From the human T2T-CHM13v2.0 reference genome, Homo sapiens, in NCBI RefSeq assembly GCF_009914755.1, contig NC_060935.1: DNA of 64,000 bases. The stretch is one strand, 5' to 3'. Below, in pieces: positions 1 to 54,198 of the stretch. Positions within the stretch are counted from its first letter, which is position 1, and each line of letters opens with the position of its first letter. The translations under genes were made by a program, and so were the position numbers. The notes under the pieces are model-generated. The model was given only the letters and a program-made list of their open reading frames with translations. It was not told where the DNA came from and did no database searches.

Positions 1-534
1 AAAAAAAAAAAAAAAAAGAAGGAACTTCTGTCTGGGGTGTGCCTAGCAGTCATTCACACCCTCACTGAAATCTCAGCTCCCTGGGAAAGGATGTCGTGTT
101 AAAGGGAGAGGAAAGAACAGACAGCGTGGGAGTCTGGGGTCTGAGCTGGGCCAGCCATGGAGGTGATGGGGCCCCCGACAGCCAGAGGCCAGATGCAGCT
201 TGAGGCTTTGTCCCGTACCACGCCTGTTGTGCTGTGGGGTGTACTTTGCCATGCATACCTTGCTCGCGTGCTGCGGGCATTGGCTGTCCCAGCTTGGCCC
301 CACTCTTGCAAAGTCAGCTTGTGCCAGGTAAGCAGGAAAAAGCCGATGGCTTATCTGATTCCCGGCAAGGCAGAAGCAGGCTGGGAGGTGCGTGTGTGTA
401 CATTAGCATGTGTTTCAGCGTATCCAGACCAGCTTCCGCCAGGAGCTAGGACCACCTTGGGCAGGTACATGGTGACCCATTTGACCTGCAGATTCTTAGG
501 AAACTTTTTGGAAACCATATGCCCACTTGCAGTG

Positions 535-768
535 AGACACAGTGGTTAGGAGCATGGAGCCAGTTGGCCTGGGTTGAACAGTTTATTAGCTGTGTGGCCT
601 GGGGCAAATTACGCCCTGGGACTCTCACCCGCAAACCAGAGATAATAATAGTACCTACCTCATGGGGCTGTTAGGCAAATTAAATGAGGTCAGATAAATG
701 CAAAGTGCTTAGAATGGCGCTTGATGTGTAAGAAGGGCTCGACAAGGTTCTCTATTACTATCATTATC
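535..768 (+). mobile_element. MIR SINE, near full length
   Basis: agtggttaggagcatgg...ataatagtacctacctcatgggg...aaagtgcttagaa, matching the MIR consensus from memory. Confidence 0.75.
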
Positions 769-1925
769 TCCAGCCCAGGCCCAGGAATGAGCTTCCACTC
801 TAGTCAGGATGGGTGAAGCCCTTCCTGGCTTAGCACCACCCTTCCATCACCATGACAACGCACATCTCCTTGTGGGAGTGGGGGCAGCATCAGGAGAACT
901 GGAAGCCAGGAGCTGGCTGTGCACCTTATCTGACCTGCTTCTAGAGGCTCCTGGGCACCTCCAGGACTTAAGGGGGTAGACTAGGACTTATGGCACCCCA
1001 AATGTGCTGGATAACCCTGACTGGAGCATGGCACCGAAGCTTCTTGACTCCAAAGCCACAGACTGGGGAGAACCCCGGAATTCCTGAAAATGTGGAGGGC
1101 CTTAGCTTTACCCTCTGATTCGACCCCAGTCCCAAAGGGAACCTACAGGATGCTCCGAGGGGTTGGGAATTGGTGGGTCACACTCCCCAAGGACTTTTTA
1201 TACTGCGTCTGAATGGTGTTTGCATTTTTTTGCAAATTGGTTGCTACCTTTAAAACTCAGGAAATGGCACATAAAAAATTCAGGTATCTGGCTTTTCTTT
1301 AAAGTGCCAGAAGATCAAGCCACGGTGGTTGGCATTCCTGCTGGGGCAAAAATGCAGCTGCCCTTGGGCCAGGCCATCACTCTGCAGTTCTTACCTCCCC
1401 TTCCCCTTGCCCTACCACCCTGCACCAGGCCTGCAGGCTTACCATGTGTAACCACCTCTCTGAACTACAAGGGAATCCAGAAATTGGGGTGGGCATTATC
1501 CTGGCCCTCGGTGCCCTTGACCTGAGATCAGTGCAGCCCATCCCAAATTCCTTTTTCCAGGACTCCCACATACACCCACTTAGAACACATCTGTGAGCCA
1601 GATTTACTTCTTAGCACACTAATAAAACAATGAGCAGTCACCTAGGTTCAGGTAATGGGTTGTACGAGCTCCCAGACCTTTCTAGAACAACTTAAGCCTC
1701 AGTCATTCCTAAAAGCTGGGGGTGGAGGATGGGGTGGGGAAGAAACCATGCCAAGCAGTGAAAGGACTGATAATAGAATATTGCAGACACGCAGCCTTTC
1801 CTTCCCAATCAAAATGGAAGCATTTGAAGGAAGGCTCTGGCTCAAGCCAGGGGGGCCTTGCTCTAATGAGTCACCTACTGCGTCGCCGCTGGTCAGCCTG
1901 ATGTTGTTAGGATGGAAATGAGCTG

Positions 1926-2418
1926 GGGTTGCCAGATTTGGCAAATACAAAAACAGGACACCCAGGAGCATTGATGTTTTGGATGAACAATGGAAAAGAT
2001 TTTGGCGTAAATATGTCCTGTGGAATATTTGGGACACACATATTAAAAACGTATTTGAAATTTGGCCAGGCGCTGTGGCTCACACCTGTAATCTCAGCAC
2101 TTTGGGAGACCAAGGCTGGTGGATCACCTGAGGCCAGGAGTTCGATATCAGCCTGGCCAACATGGTGAAACCGCATCTCTACAAAAAATACAAAAATTAG
2201 CCGGGTGGGGTGGCACATGCCTGTCATCCCAGCTACTTGGGAGGCTGAGGCAGGAGATCACTTGAACCCAGGGGCAGAGGCTGCAGTGAGCCGAGATCGC
2301 GCCACTGCACTCTAGCCTGGGCAACAAAGAGAGACTCCATCTGAAAAAACAAAACAAAACAAAACAAAATCTGAAATTCACATGCCACTGGGCATCCTGT
2401 GTTTTATCTGGCAATCCT
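1926..2418. mobile_element. MER53 (hAT MITE) interrupted by an Alu
   Basis: Terminal inverted repeats GGGTTGCCAGAT...ATCTGGCAATCC and inner inverted CAGGACACCCAG/CTGGGCATCCTG. Confidence 0.75.
2064..2368 (+). mobile_element. AluS
   Basis: Full dimer with a (CAAAA)n tail. Confidence 0.93.
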
Positions 2419-2636
2419 GAGAAGAGTCTTAGAATGCTTGAAAAGAGCTTTAAACATCATTTCTTAAAATGCCAAGCCTCCCTTTGGTGGCACTCCCCTT
2501 ATAGCTGAGTGTAAGCTCTGGATGACAGGCACGTGGGTGCCAGGAGGCCAGGACCTAGGAGCGGGACGCTGACTCTCTGCAGCCCTCTCCTCTCACTCTC
2601 TTTTCCCTTCCAGTCACAGTCACTGCAGCAGACATC

Positions 2637-21232
<18,596 letters not shown>

Positions 21233-23285
21233 CAACCAGGGCGGGCCAGTTGGGCAATGGAGCTGCTGGAGCCCGGTACCCACTCAGCTCTGTCTGATGC
21301 CCTCTCCATAGCCCAGCTGGAGCCGTGAACACTGGGGTCCCCTGGCAGAGTCCTCATGACCCATCCTGGTCTCTCTGTCCAGATTGCAGCAGAGGAGTGG
21401 GCGTGGCTCTGTGTCCAGGGCCCCAGGGTCTGCTCCTGCTGAGGACCAGCTGTGGCTGGGCCAGGACAGAGGACTCAACCCTGCTCCTCCCGGTAGGCCA
21501 GCTGCCGAGCCGGGCTATGTTCTGGAACCCAGTGAATCTTGGGGGCCAGGCACTGTGCTAGGCACCAGCAGGGGTAACACGAAGAAGACCCGGCCCTTAG
21601 GGCATCAGGAAGACTAGCTCCCCTGCCCCGGAGGATCTGCTCAGTGCTGATGGCAGCCCAGCTGTGTGGACTCAGGGGGCTCTGAGGGCTAGGGAAACAG
21701 GAAGGGCCTCTTTGACAAGGTAGGAGCTGTGCTTGGAGGGGCAGGAAAAGAACTGAGCATGTCGCAGGCAGCGGGCCCAGCCTGAGCAATGGCAGGATGT
21801 GAACTTCCCCATCGCAAATGCAGTTCTCAGCCCACTGCAGTGGATACAAGGAAGGGCCTTTCTCGGGGCCGGAGAAGAGACCAAGAGACCAGGCCCGGGC
21901 AGCAGCCTACCGGCCACGTGGAACACTGGCTCCGGAGTTATTCTCTGTCAAATCTACTCCCCGGACCTCAACCATGGCAAGAACCAGAGGTCCAAAGAGG
22001 CCCAGACCCAGGTCCTTGTGCTCAGTCCTGCGCAAACCAGGCCCAGACCCTGCAAGCATTTGTTGATGCCCTTGCAGGCCCACTGGGAGAAAGATGCCTC
22101 AGGCAGGTCTCAGCCTGGGGGTGGCAGGGGTGGGGCAGAGAGAATACTGACAGCAGAGGTCTTGGTGGGCTGCACGTGCCTGCGAAGATGTGGTGGACAA
22201 GGAGGCTCTCGGGCTGGGCCTTGGAGGGGTGGCAGCGGAAGGACAGCCCAGGTGGCTGAGGCCTGATGGGAAGCCGGGGAAGGCCAGGGTGGAAGGGCGG
22301 CTTGAGGGACGCCAGGAGAAGACTGAATGCCAGGCTAGGAAGGAGGCGGCTCTCGATCACGGGGTGGGTGCCCCCGACACCGGGTCTCCTAGCTTGAGTT
22401 CCCTAGAAGCGAAATCTGAGAGGGGGATTCTGGGGCAAGTAGTTTCTTGCGGGTGAGTGTTCTCAGAGAAACTTACCAGATCAAGAAAGGGAGCTCAGGC
22501 TGGATGGAGGAAGCCACGCAAGTGTGGCTTCAAGATCCATCGCCTTGGCCTGATCGCTGTGGGGGCAGGGGCCTGGAGTACGAGGGGCACCCTGGGGGCT
22601 CCCACCCAGAAGCAGAGGGGCTGGGCTGTTGCACCTCTACTGGCATCAGTCTTTGGTTACCCCCCAGCCCCAGTAGGAGGAGAGCAGGCAGAGCTTGTCA
22701 TCCCCAGCCTGGTGTCCCGCAGTCCCAGGAAGCCGCTTCTTGCCTTCATGGCTGAGTGCTGGGAAGGGCTGAGCTCACCCAGGCCAGCAGGTGGGGTATC
22801 ATCTGCTCGGTGGGGCCACCCACAGGTGACAGCATGGACCCTCAGGCTGGCTGCCCCTGTTCCTTGGTCCATAACTGGTGAGCTATGGAGACCCAGGCCA
22901 ACAAATTATCCCCAGTGATATGGGGGGAGGAGGGGCTAGAACAAGGGCCCAGGGGACTGGAGGCAGGATGGTGGCTTTCCCTACCTGACACAGCCATGGC
23001 CCAGCCCCAAGGCCAGGCTGTCTACCCTATGGCCACAGCAGGAGGTCAGCCCAGGGCCAGGAGACACATGGCTGGACAAGGCTTTGCAGCCTGGGAGACC
23101 CCGACTTTCTCTAACCCAGTGGCTGTGCGGTGCAGGCCACTGACTCCCCCCCTGCCCTCTCCCCTCTCTCCCTCCCCCTAACTGCATGACATGTTAACTG
23201 TGTGCCCAGGACAGCCGTGGTGGGGACCGGGTATGCCAACTGGAATGATTCTAGAACCAAAATAAAGTTGGGGCAGGAAGAGGGG
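21233..23285 (+). other. SYT12: SYT12 3' UTR (~2 kb, Alu-free, GC-rich)
   Basis: Runs from the stop codon to the first canonical AATAAA. The cleavage site is estimated. Confidence 0.75.
23261..23266 (+). terminator. SYT12 polyadenylation signal AATAAA
   Basis: First AATAAA downstream of the stop codon. Confidence 0.8.
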
Positions 23286-23452
23286 GCTTCCAGGGAGCCC
23301 TGCTCGGCCCTGAATCACCTTCGTCTCTTCTCTAGGAATCAGGGACTCAGGCCTCCTATGTGTTACTGTGCACCCTCCTTCCTGCTACAGAGTGCCCAGA
23401 GGGGAGTGAGGCCTCTCTCTGCTGGGGAGACCATCACAGGGACCAATGCATG

Positions 23453-23750
<298 letters not shown>

Positions 23751-25589
23751 GAAGGACCAATGCATCAGACTCCTTGGGAAGCTCAGAGGAGGGGCCACTG
23801 AGCCAGCTCTGGCAGGAGAGAGTAGGATGATGGGGAGTATCAAGGAAGGCTTCCTGGTGGTGACACCCAGCTGAGGCTTCAGGGCCAGAAGGAGGAGATC
23901 AGGTAGACACGGCAGGAGAAGCATTCCTAGCAGGGAACCCCATATACAAAAGGGCACAAGGGGGCGAAAACTTGGCCAGTGTATCCATTTGGCCAGAATA
24001 AAGTGGGGGATGGTGGAGGGAGTGAGCAGGGTGGGAAGAAGAGAGCCAAGGGGGAGTTCTGAAGGGTAGAAGGGCCTTCCACATTCAGCGAGTGCTGGTG
24101 TTCAGCCTGCAACACTTCAAAGTAAGTGCTGCTGCTATCCCCTTTTTTGCAGATGTGGAAAAGAGCTCAGAGAGGTTAGGTAACTAGCCCAAGGCCACAC
24201 AGCCAGAAAGTCACAGAGCTGGGACTCAAGCTCGGCCTGTCTTTGCTACAGAGCCAGTGCTCTGGATCACTCAGCAACAACGCCCCCTTCCCCAGCTCCT
24301 TGAATGTAAGGCTGAGGGCATAAGAGAAACCCCCGCTGGGTCCCAGGCTGCTGCCTTCCCCTCCCCACCCCTGGAAGATCAGAAGCGTGGGACATCAAGC
24401 ATGGATAAGGATGAGCTGATGGAGAATTCCCAGCAGCTCCTGGGAGGCCTGTCCACCACAGGGACTGACTCCGAAGAGCTTCTGAGGCAACCAATGAGAC
24501 GGGCTGTGGCAGGAGCCGGTAAGAGGGGCAGAGACCAGGGAGGGCTTCCTGGAGGAGGTAGAAGCATGAGAGCTGGCTTTGCAGCAGGGGGACTGTACAC
24601 ATGGAGGAGGGAGAGGGGTCTCAAACTGCCTGAGCAAAGGTGTCACAGTGTCTGGGGAGACACAGCTGGGCTGAGGCTTGAGAGGCCAGGTGGGGTTGGG
24701 CTGTGGAGGCTGTGTGTCCAAGCTCAGGGAGAAGCTCCTTATCCTGCTGGCAGTGGGGAGCCATGGTGGGGTCTTGAGCAGGAGCAGGTCCAAGGGAGGG
24801 AGGGGTCACTCTAAGCAGCTTTGGAGGTGACACAGAGGGACATCAGTGAATGTTACCCTCGCCAGTGAGTGGCAGGAGGGGCAGGCAGGAGGCCTCTGAG
24901 CTGCCTTTAGGTTTGGGTTCATTCAGCAGGACTCAAACTGAGGTGCCATCCTGGAGAGAAGCTGGGACAACCCAGGCTCTGAGAAGCTGTCTTGCCTCCT
25001 TCTTCTCTCTTGTAATCTTCCCAACCTATTTCCCTCCTTTCTCAGGCCACCCCACATCCAGGGTCCCATCCCTCCCCACCCCTTCATCTCCCCTCCTCCA
25101 GCCCTGGGCCCAAGGACACACCTCCAGGGTCCCAGGCCCCCTCTGTCTGGGAGCCCCACCGAAGAGGACAGGTGTGGAGGTCTCTGACCTGCCCAGCAGC
25201 ATTGCCTGGGCTAGGCCTGCATGTGGGAGAAGCAGAGCAAGCCACTGCATCACGGTCGGCAGCAGCTCTAAGCTCCAAACTTCCCTTCCTCTCTTCTATC
25301 TGTCTGTGCCTGCAGACCCCCAAAAGGGACAAATCAAAAGGCTTAATAAGCACCAGGATGGGGCCACCAGACCTCCTCTCTCTCCACCCCTCCCACCCTA
25401 TTATCAGCCCTTCCGTCCCAACCTGAAAGATCAATAATGGTTTGGCAGGGAGAGGAGGCCAGGGCAGGAGGGCACGTCCCCGTGGCCTGGGGCTCCAGTT
25501 AGATGGCAGCCAGGCTGGAGCTGTCTGGGCAGGCTAGACAAAAAGAAACTTGGGAGCAGAGGCCCTCTGGTTTCCACCTGGCGTAAAGC

Positions 25590-25930
25590 TGAGTCTGCTG
25601 CTCACTTGCTGTGTAAGTTCCTTCCCTTCTCAGGCCTCAGTTTCCCCATCTGAAGAATGGGGGTGTTGGATAAGATGGCCTCTAAAGAGCCCTGTACCTC
25701 TGACTTTTGGACATTCTGTGTGTATGGACTCCGGAGCCCAAGGGCCTGGGTCCAAATCCCAGCTTCTCTGCTTACTAGCTGCGGGACCTTGGGCAAATTA
25801 TCCAACCTCTTTGGGCCTCAGTTTCCTCACTTGTCAAAGGAGGATAAGAATTGAACATACTTCATAGGATGGCATGAAATGACATGTGCCAAGTGTCCGG
25901 CACAGGTAGGTGCTCAGTAAATGCGAGGTC
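25590..25930 (+). mobile_element. MIR fragments
   Basis: gcctcagtttccccatctg, ccttgggcaaatta...gggcctcagtttcctcac, gtgctcagtaaatg. Confidence 0.65.
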
Positions 25931-26004
25931 AAGGCTTTGGGTGGAGGAGTTCAGGCTGAGGGCAAAGGCTCTTAGGATCCAGTATTTCAGATGAATGTGG
26001 GCCA

Positions 26005-26403
<399 letters not shown>

Positions 26404-29377
26404 TCATTCAGCCATCCACAAACACCCCACACCCCCAAGCCAGGAACCCCAAGCAGGGAGGCAGCCCCAGGTGATGACTGTGCAGGGAGCTGAGCGACCA
26501 CATGAGGGCAGTGGAGACTCGATCAGGACCGCATAGGATTTGGCCTTAGGATGGGGGTGGGATGTGAGAAAATGGGGAGAGGGGTGAGGCCAGGGGGCCT
26601 TGGAGTAGGCGGAGGCTGGAGAGTGGTTGCCTGTCCACAGACTCCCCATTCATGTCACATGTGGTATTCGTCATCCATGCAAGTATTTGTTCCTTTATTC
26701 ATTTCTTCAGTTTGTTTATTCTTCTAAGCCAGCCCCTCTGCCGTCCATCCTTCCGTCTTTCCTTCCTCTCTTTCTCACTCTGTTTTTTTCTTTCTTGTCC
26801 CTTTGGTTTGTCTGGCCAGGAGATCAACTGGGCATACCGTCCTGAGCCACAGCTGGGTGCCAGCCTGAGAGAGGCACTCCTCTAGGGGATACGGTGAGCC
26901 TTGGCCCCTGCCCTTGAAGGGTTCAGGGCAGTAGGCCACGGTGCTGGGCTCCCCACAGATCTGGGCCTGGGGTTGGTGGGGCCTCGAGGGGCCTAAGTCT
27001 CCCACAGGCTGCAAGTCCTGAGAAGCCTCAGTAAACACTAAAACAGTAAACAGTACCCTGGCCAGGCAGACTGTGTGACCTGGGCCACCACTCTAAAAAT
27101 AAATTCCAGGAAAACAGTATGGTCCCAGGTCCAGCAATGTCTGAGATTCAGGGACATTCCCTGCCAACCAGAGCCGATTTCTGTGGCCTGGTGACTAAGC
27201 TCCCTCTCGCAGGAGCGTAAGCATGGTGGGGGAGCGGAGGCTGGGGCTTGACGTCAGGAGATTGAATCCTTGCTGTGTCCTGCTGGTCTAAGACACCCCT
27301 CTGCCTCTCTCTGAGGCTCAGTTCCCAAATCTGTAAAATGGGAGGAAGCAGGTCATCTGCTTGGTCTACCTCGTGGTCTGAGAGCTAAATGAAATTGCAA
27401 TTGTGCAGATGAGGCGTGATGGAGGGAGACCACCTGGCTTTGGGGTCACGCCTGGATCCAAATTCTAGTTCAGCCTCTTACTAGCTGTGGATGTTAGTCA
27501 ACAACTTAGCCTCTCTGGGCCTCAGGCTCCTCATCTGTGAAATGGAGCTAAGAGTCCCTACCTCCTAGGGAACAGTGCCTACACGTGGCTTGCAATCCAC
27601 TAATGGGTGTTGTTATTATTAGGAAATGTTCAGTGAAACTGTATAGCATGACAAACATCAAGTGTGTCATTACAGAGATTATCCCTATAGCAACCAAGGC
27701 CAAACGCCTCTGCCTGACTCTCAGCTCCCTCCACCCCCAGTCTGGCCCCACCTGCCTTCCAGCCTTGCCACCCAAGGCCTGATGACAGCAGCAGTTGGGA
27801 GGAAGATGCTGACAGCTGATCCGAGGGGGTGGGGCCCCTCTCACCACTCCTTGGGGCGGGGAGCCCTGCTCTGGAGCTACCTGCCCAGCCCAGTGTCAAG
27901 TCACTGCCGAGCCCTGTGGCAGTTTCGGGGAGGAAGGGGCACCTGGAAAGGCAGAGCTGTGCTGGGGAGGATCCTTCCCTCCAAGTGGGGCTCCATCCAG
28001 CCTGCAGACCACAGCCCGGAGCGGGAGCCGGGCAGAGGAGTCAAGGAGCTGGGCTCTGCCTCTCCACCTAGTGACTCCTGCCCTGGCTGCCTCTTTAGAC
28101 CACAGTGAGTTTAAAGGAGGTTGAAGGTGCTTTTTCACCTGCCTGACTTGGAACTCCATGAGGGGGGATGTCATGACCAGCATAAATTAGGGGGAACCTA
28201 ATGACGTCTGCCCCTTGTTCTTTTAAGCTTCAATAGAAACACTCAGTCCAAGATCTGGGAAGACCCTTGTGCCCATTTTTAAAAGATTTCAACTCTGGCC
28301 ATTAGGAGAAGTGGAGAGATCAGGTGACAATGAGTTCCCAGTTCAATGCTGGATTTACTGCTGGCATCCAACGTGCTCCACTGAGCAAGCACCAGCTCCT
28401 CATGCTGCACCACTGTGCAAGCGAGCCTCACCCTCTGCGGGGGCGGGGTGGGGGGGCAGCATTCCGCTCCGGCCTCCGCAGCTTCGCACGTGCCGCTGTC
28501 TCCGGTGGAACACCTTTTCCCTCCCCCATCTGACTGTGTTTCACTTTTTCCTCAAGACTCTGAAAGGTTTCCTGACTCCCTCAACGTGGGCGAGGAGCTC
28601 TTTTCCCCTACTCCCGTCCCGCTGCCTGTCCCTACTCCCGTTGTAGTTCTGATCACACTGATGTCCTGCGTGTCTACCATTCTAAGCCGTGGGCTTCTCA
28701 AGGCAGGGCCTGGATTTTGTCTTAAACAGTTCAGGGTCCCCGGGCCCTTGGGCACCAGGGGGACATCTCATGGTGCAATAATAAGAAACACTCACACTTT
28801 ACAGAGGGAAGGTTCTATCGCTTTCCCTAGATCGTGGCCAGCCACGGTGTCAGGTGGCTGCCCACCTGCAGCAGAGCTTCCTGGTGCTGCGGGAGGGGGC
28901 AGGCCAGGCCTGGTGGGGCCAGTGAAGGGGGTCATCCCCTTCCCACCTGGCATGAAACGCCTGTGTTGTGCTGCGTCCTGAGACCCCTGGGGAAATGCAC
29001 CATTCATTCATTCATTCATTCATTCACTAAAGGTCACTGGCTCCTGCCTGGGATCTGGGACCCAGCCCCTGAGCACACCCCCGCCCCCACTGTCATGGTC
29101 CCGCTGTTTGTCTTCTCCCTTCCGACCTCCCGTGGCCCCAGCGCGGCCAGCTCACAGTAGGTGCTCGGGCAGCGTTTCTTCAGGGACCTAGACGGCCTGG
29201 AGAGGAAGGGCCCCAGCCCAGCCGCCCGGGCCTCTCACCTGGCTCTCGGGGCGCCCGGCTCGCACTTCCTCCCGCCGCCCCGCCCCTTCCACATTCCTGC
29301 CCCGCCGGGCCTGCCCCGCGCAGTCTGGGTCTCTGCGCCGCAGCCGCCCGCCCGCCCGCTCAGCGCCCGGCCCCGGG

Positions 29378-44076
<14,699 letters not shown>

Positions 44077-44471
44077 GCGGCTCGGGGCGTCCCAGCGACG
44101 CGGGAAGGGGCAGGGCGCTGACCTGCTGCTGAGCTGGCTGGGCTGGACCCGGTCCCTAGGCTGTGACCGCCGAACTCCACTGCAACAGACGGGCGCCACC
44201 AAAGCCAGGCCCTGAGGCCTGGGAGTCCTGGACTGAGAAAGGGGGTTCCTGGGCCCACCTGCTCTGTGTAGGGCTCGTCCTGCGGTGCCCGAGAATCACT
44301 CGCTAACCCCTATGCCCGGTCCCGGACCGACATCCTGGAGCCGCCTGTGCAGCCTGATGCCCCCTCGTGGCTGCTCCCAGGGCTGCACCTGCCAGGACCT
44401 AATGTTCTTAGGTCCCTCTGGCCAGAACCCACACCCGGCCCCTTCCCACCTGTCATACTGGTAACTGTAAC

Positions 44472-44477
44472 AAGAAA
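44472..44477 (+). terminator. Probable non-canonical RHOD poly(A) signal AAGAAA
   Basis: No AATAAA/ATTAAA seen between the stop and the next Alu. TGTA just upstream, a CA cleavage candidate ~16 nt downstream, then a GT/T-rich tract. Confidence 0.55.
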
Positions 44478-44519
44478 AACGACATCACTTATCATTGTGT
44501 CGTGCCTCTTTTTTCTGTT

Positions 44520-44812
44520 TTCTTTTTTTTGAGACGGAGTCTCGTTCTATCGCCCAGGCTGGAGTGCAGTGGCGCATTTCAGCTCACTGCAACCTGTGCC
44601 TCCTGGGTTCAAGCGATTCTCCTGTCTCAGCCTCCTGAGTAGCTGGGATTACAGGCGCGCGCCACCACACCCGGATAATTTTTGTATTTTCTTTAGCAGA
44701 GACGGGGTTTCACCATGTTGGTGAGGCTGGTCTCGAACTCCTGACCTCATGATCCACCCGCCTCGGCCTCCCAAAGTGCTGGGATTACAGCCATGAGCCA
44801 CCACGCCCTGCC
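44520..44812 (-). mobile_element. Antisense AluS abutting the RHOD 3' end
   Basis: Reverse Alu; TSD-like TGCCTCTT at both ends. Confidence 0.92.
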
Positions 44813-45090
44813 TATGCCTCTTGTTTCAAGGTGTCTTTACACACACGTTCCAAGGTAGGTAAAAGCCCACCCCATCTAGGCACTGGGATGGGACTGCTTG
44901 GATCCAAACCAGCTTTATTGCTTCCACGACCTTGGGCAAGTTCTTCTGGGCCTCAGCTTCCTCACCTGTGAAATGGATCACAGACTAAGCCATGGAACTT
45001 TCGGATGAGTAAGAGGGTCATGAGGACCAACACACGCAAAGAGCTTAGTAGGTGCCTAGCACGCAGTAAGTGCTCACAAAAGGTTCGGCC

Positions 45091-49692
<4,602 letters not shown>

Positions 49693-51217
49693 TCATCCAT
49701 TCGGGCTTGGACCATCACATAAGTCTCCCAGCCTGCAGGCTCTCGGCCTCCTCCATCCTCCTCACCCTGGCAGAGCCATCCTCCAAAGCATAAGTGCGTC
49801 CCTGCACAGAAGCCTTCAGCAGCCCCCTCTGCCCAGAGAAGAAGGGCCAGAGTCCACAGTTGGGGCCTGGGGCTCTCCAGTATCTGGCCCTAGCCCACAT
49901 TGATCCGGGCCTTATCCCCAGGACACCTCCCCACACCCACTCCGGCCACACCCAGGGGCCACATCCAAGGAGCACCAACCTCCTAGCCTTCGCTCAGACT
50001 GCTTCCCCACCTCGGCAAGCCCTGCCTCCCAGTCACCGCCTGTTCAAACCTCCCCTCCTCCCCCAAATCCTTCAGGGTCCAGCTGGGACACCACCCTCTC
50101 CAGGAAGCTTGTGGGCCGGGCCTGCCGCCTCTCTCCCTCTTCACTGCACGCCTGCCTGTGCGCACCAAATCTCTCTTCACGGGGCCCCTTGGCTAAGGAA
50201 CTGGGCTTTTCTTCCCGTGCTGTGGGAAGGGCCAGGTTAGACTCCCTAAGATGACAGGTCTGGTGGTGGGACCAGGTGGGCTATCTGGGAGGAGGGAGGC
50301 GGGAGCCTGGAGACCAGCTGGGGAGCTGCAGATGTCCAGACACAAGAAACAAGCCACCACAAGTCAAGGCTTGGTGACTTCTGGGCTGGAAGCTGTAGCA
50401 CCAAGGGTGGACTTTGGGAAGGGTGGGGACGTTGGGAGGGAGGGAAGAATGCAGGCCTCTCCCACCTGGGGTCGGGGTGGGGGGGGCGGGAGGAATGTGG
50501 GGAGGGCGAGCACTTCTCCCAGACCCGGCACTGGGAGAGGCGGGGACCTTAGTTGGGTGGCCGCTTTCTCACTCTGGCCTCTCCCTCTGCCCCGCCTGTT
50601 TCAGGCCCCATCCTGCCTAGCCCGCCACACACAGCTCTCCAAAGTGTCCAAGGAGGGCACGGGGGCGGGGGGCAGGGGGGTCCTTGGAGACGCCTGTGAG
50701 GAGCCAGAGTTATTACTATTCTCCTCCTCCTTCTCCCCCCAACAATCCCCTCTTTCAATTCCTCACTACCCAGCCTGGTAGGGCAGGCACGGCCAGACGG
50801 ATGGGAGCTGGGGAAGGCCCAGCCTGGAGGCCAGCGCAAGCCAAGAGCCACAAACCACCGTCTTCGTTTCCCCATGCCGCCTCCACCCAGCCTTGGGGTT
50901 GTCTGCTGGGAAGGCAGAGGGCAGGGGTGGGGACCTCAAGTCATCTCCTCCAGGACAGGCCACTCCCTGACACCCTCAGGGTGAGGAGGAGGGTGGGGCG
51001 CACACTGTCTGTGAGTCACAGAGCTTCCCTCTCCCCTGTGCCGGGGCAGCACTCTGGGCCCCATCCCATGTCTAGACACAGGGAGAGGATGGTGGCCAGC
51101 AGATCACCCTACTCCAGGCCACCCTCTGCTCTCCAGCCTCCTTTTCCTCCTGGGGTCCTGTCCTTTGGAGGATAACCACTCACAGCCCCCAGGAAGTCAT
51201 CGCTCAGCCGCTGGTTA

Positions 51218-54198
<2,981 letters not shown>

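Noticed and set aside
24257-25437. 185-aa and 195-aa + strand ORFs between the genes
   Set aside because: Low-information translations over probable L2-derived and pyrimidine-rich DNA; no homology recognised.
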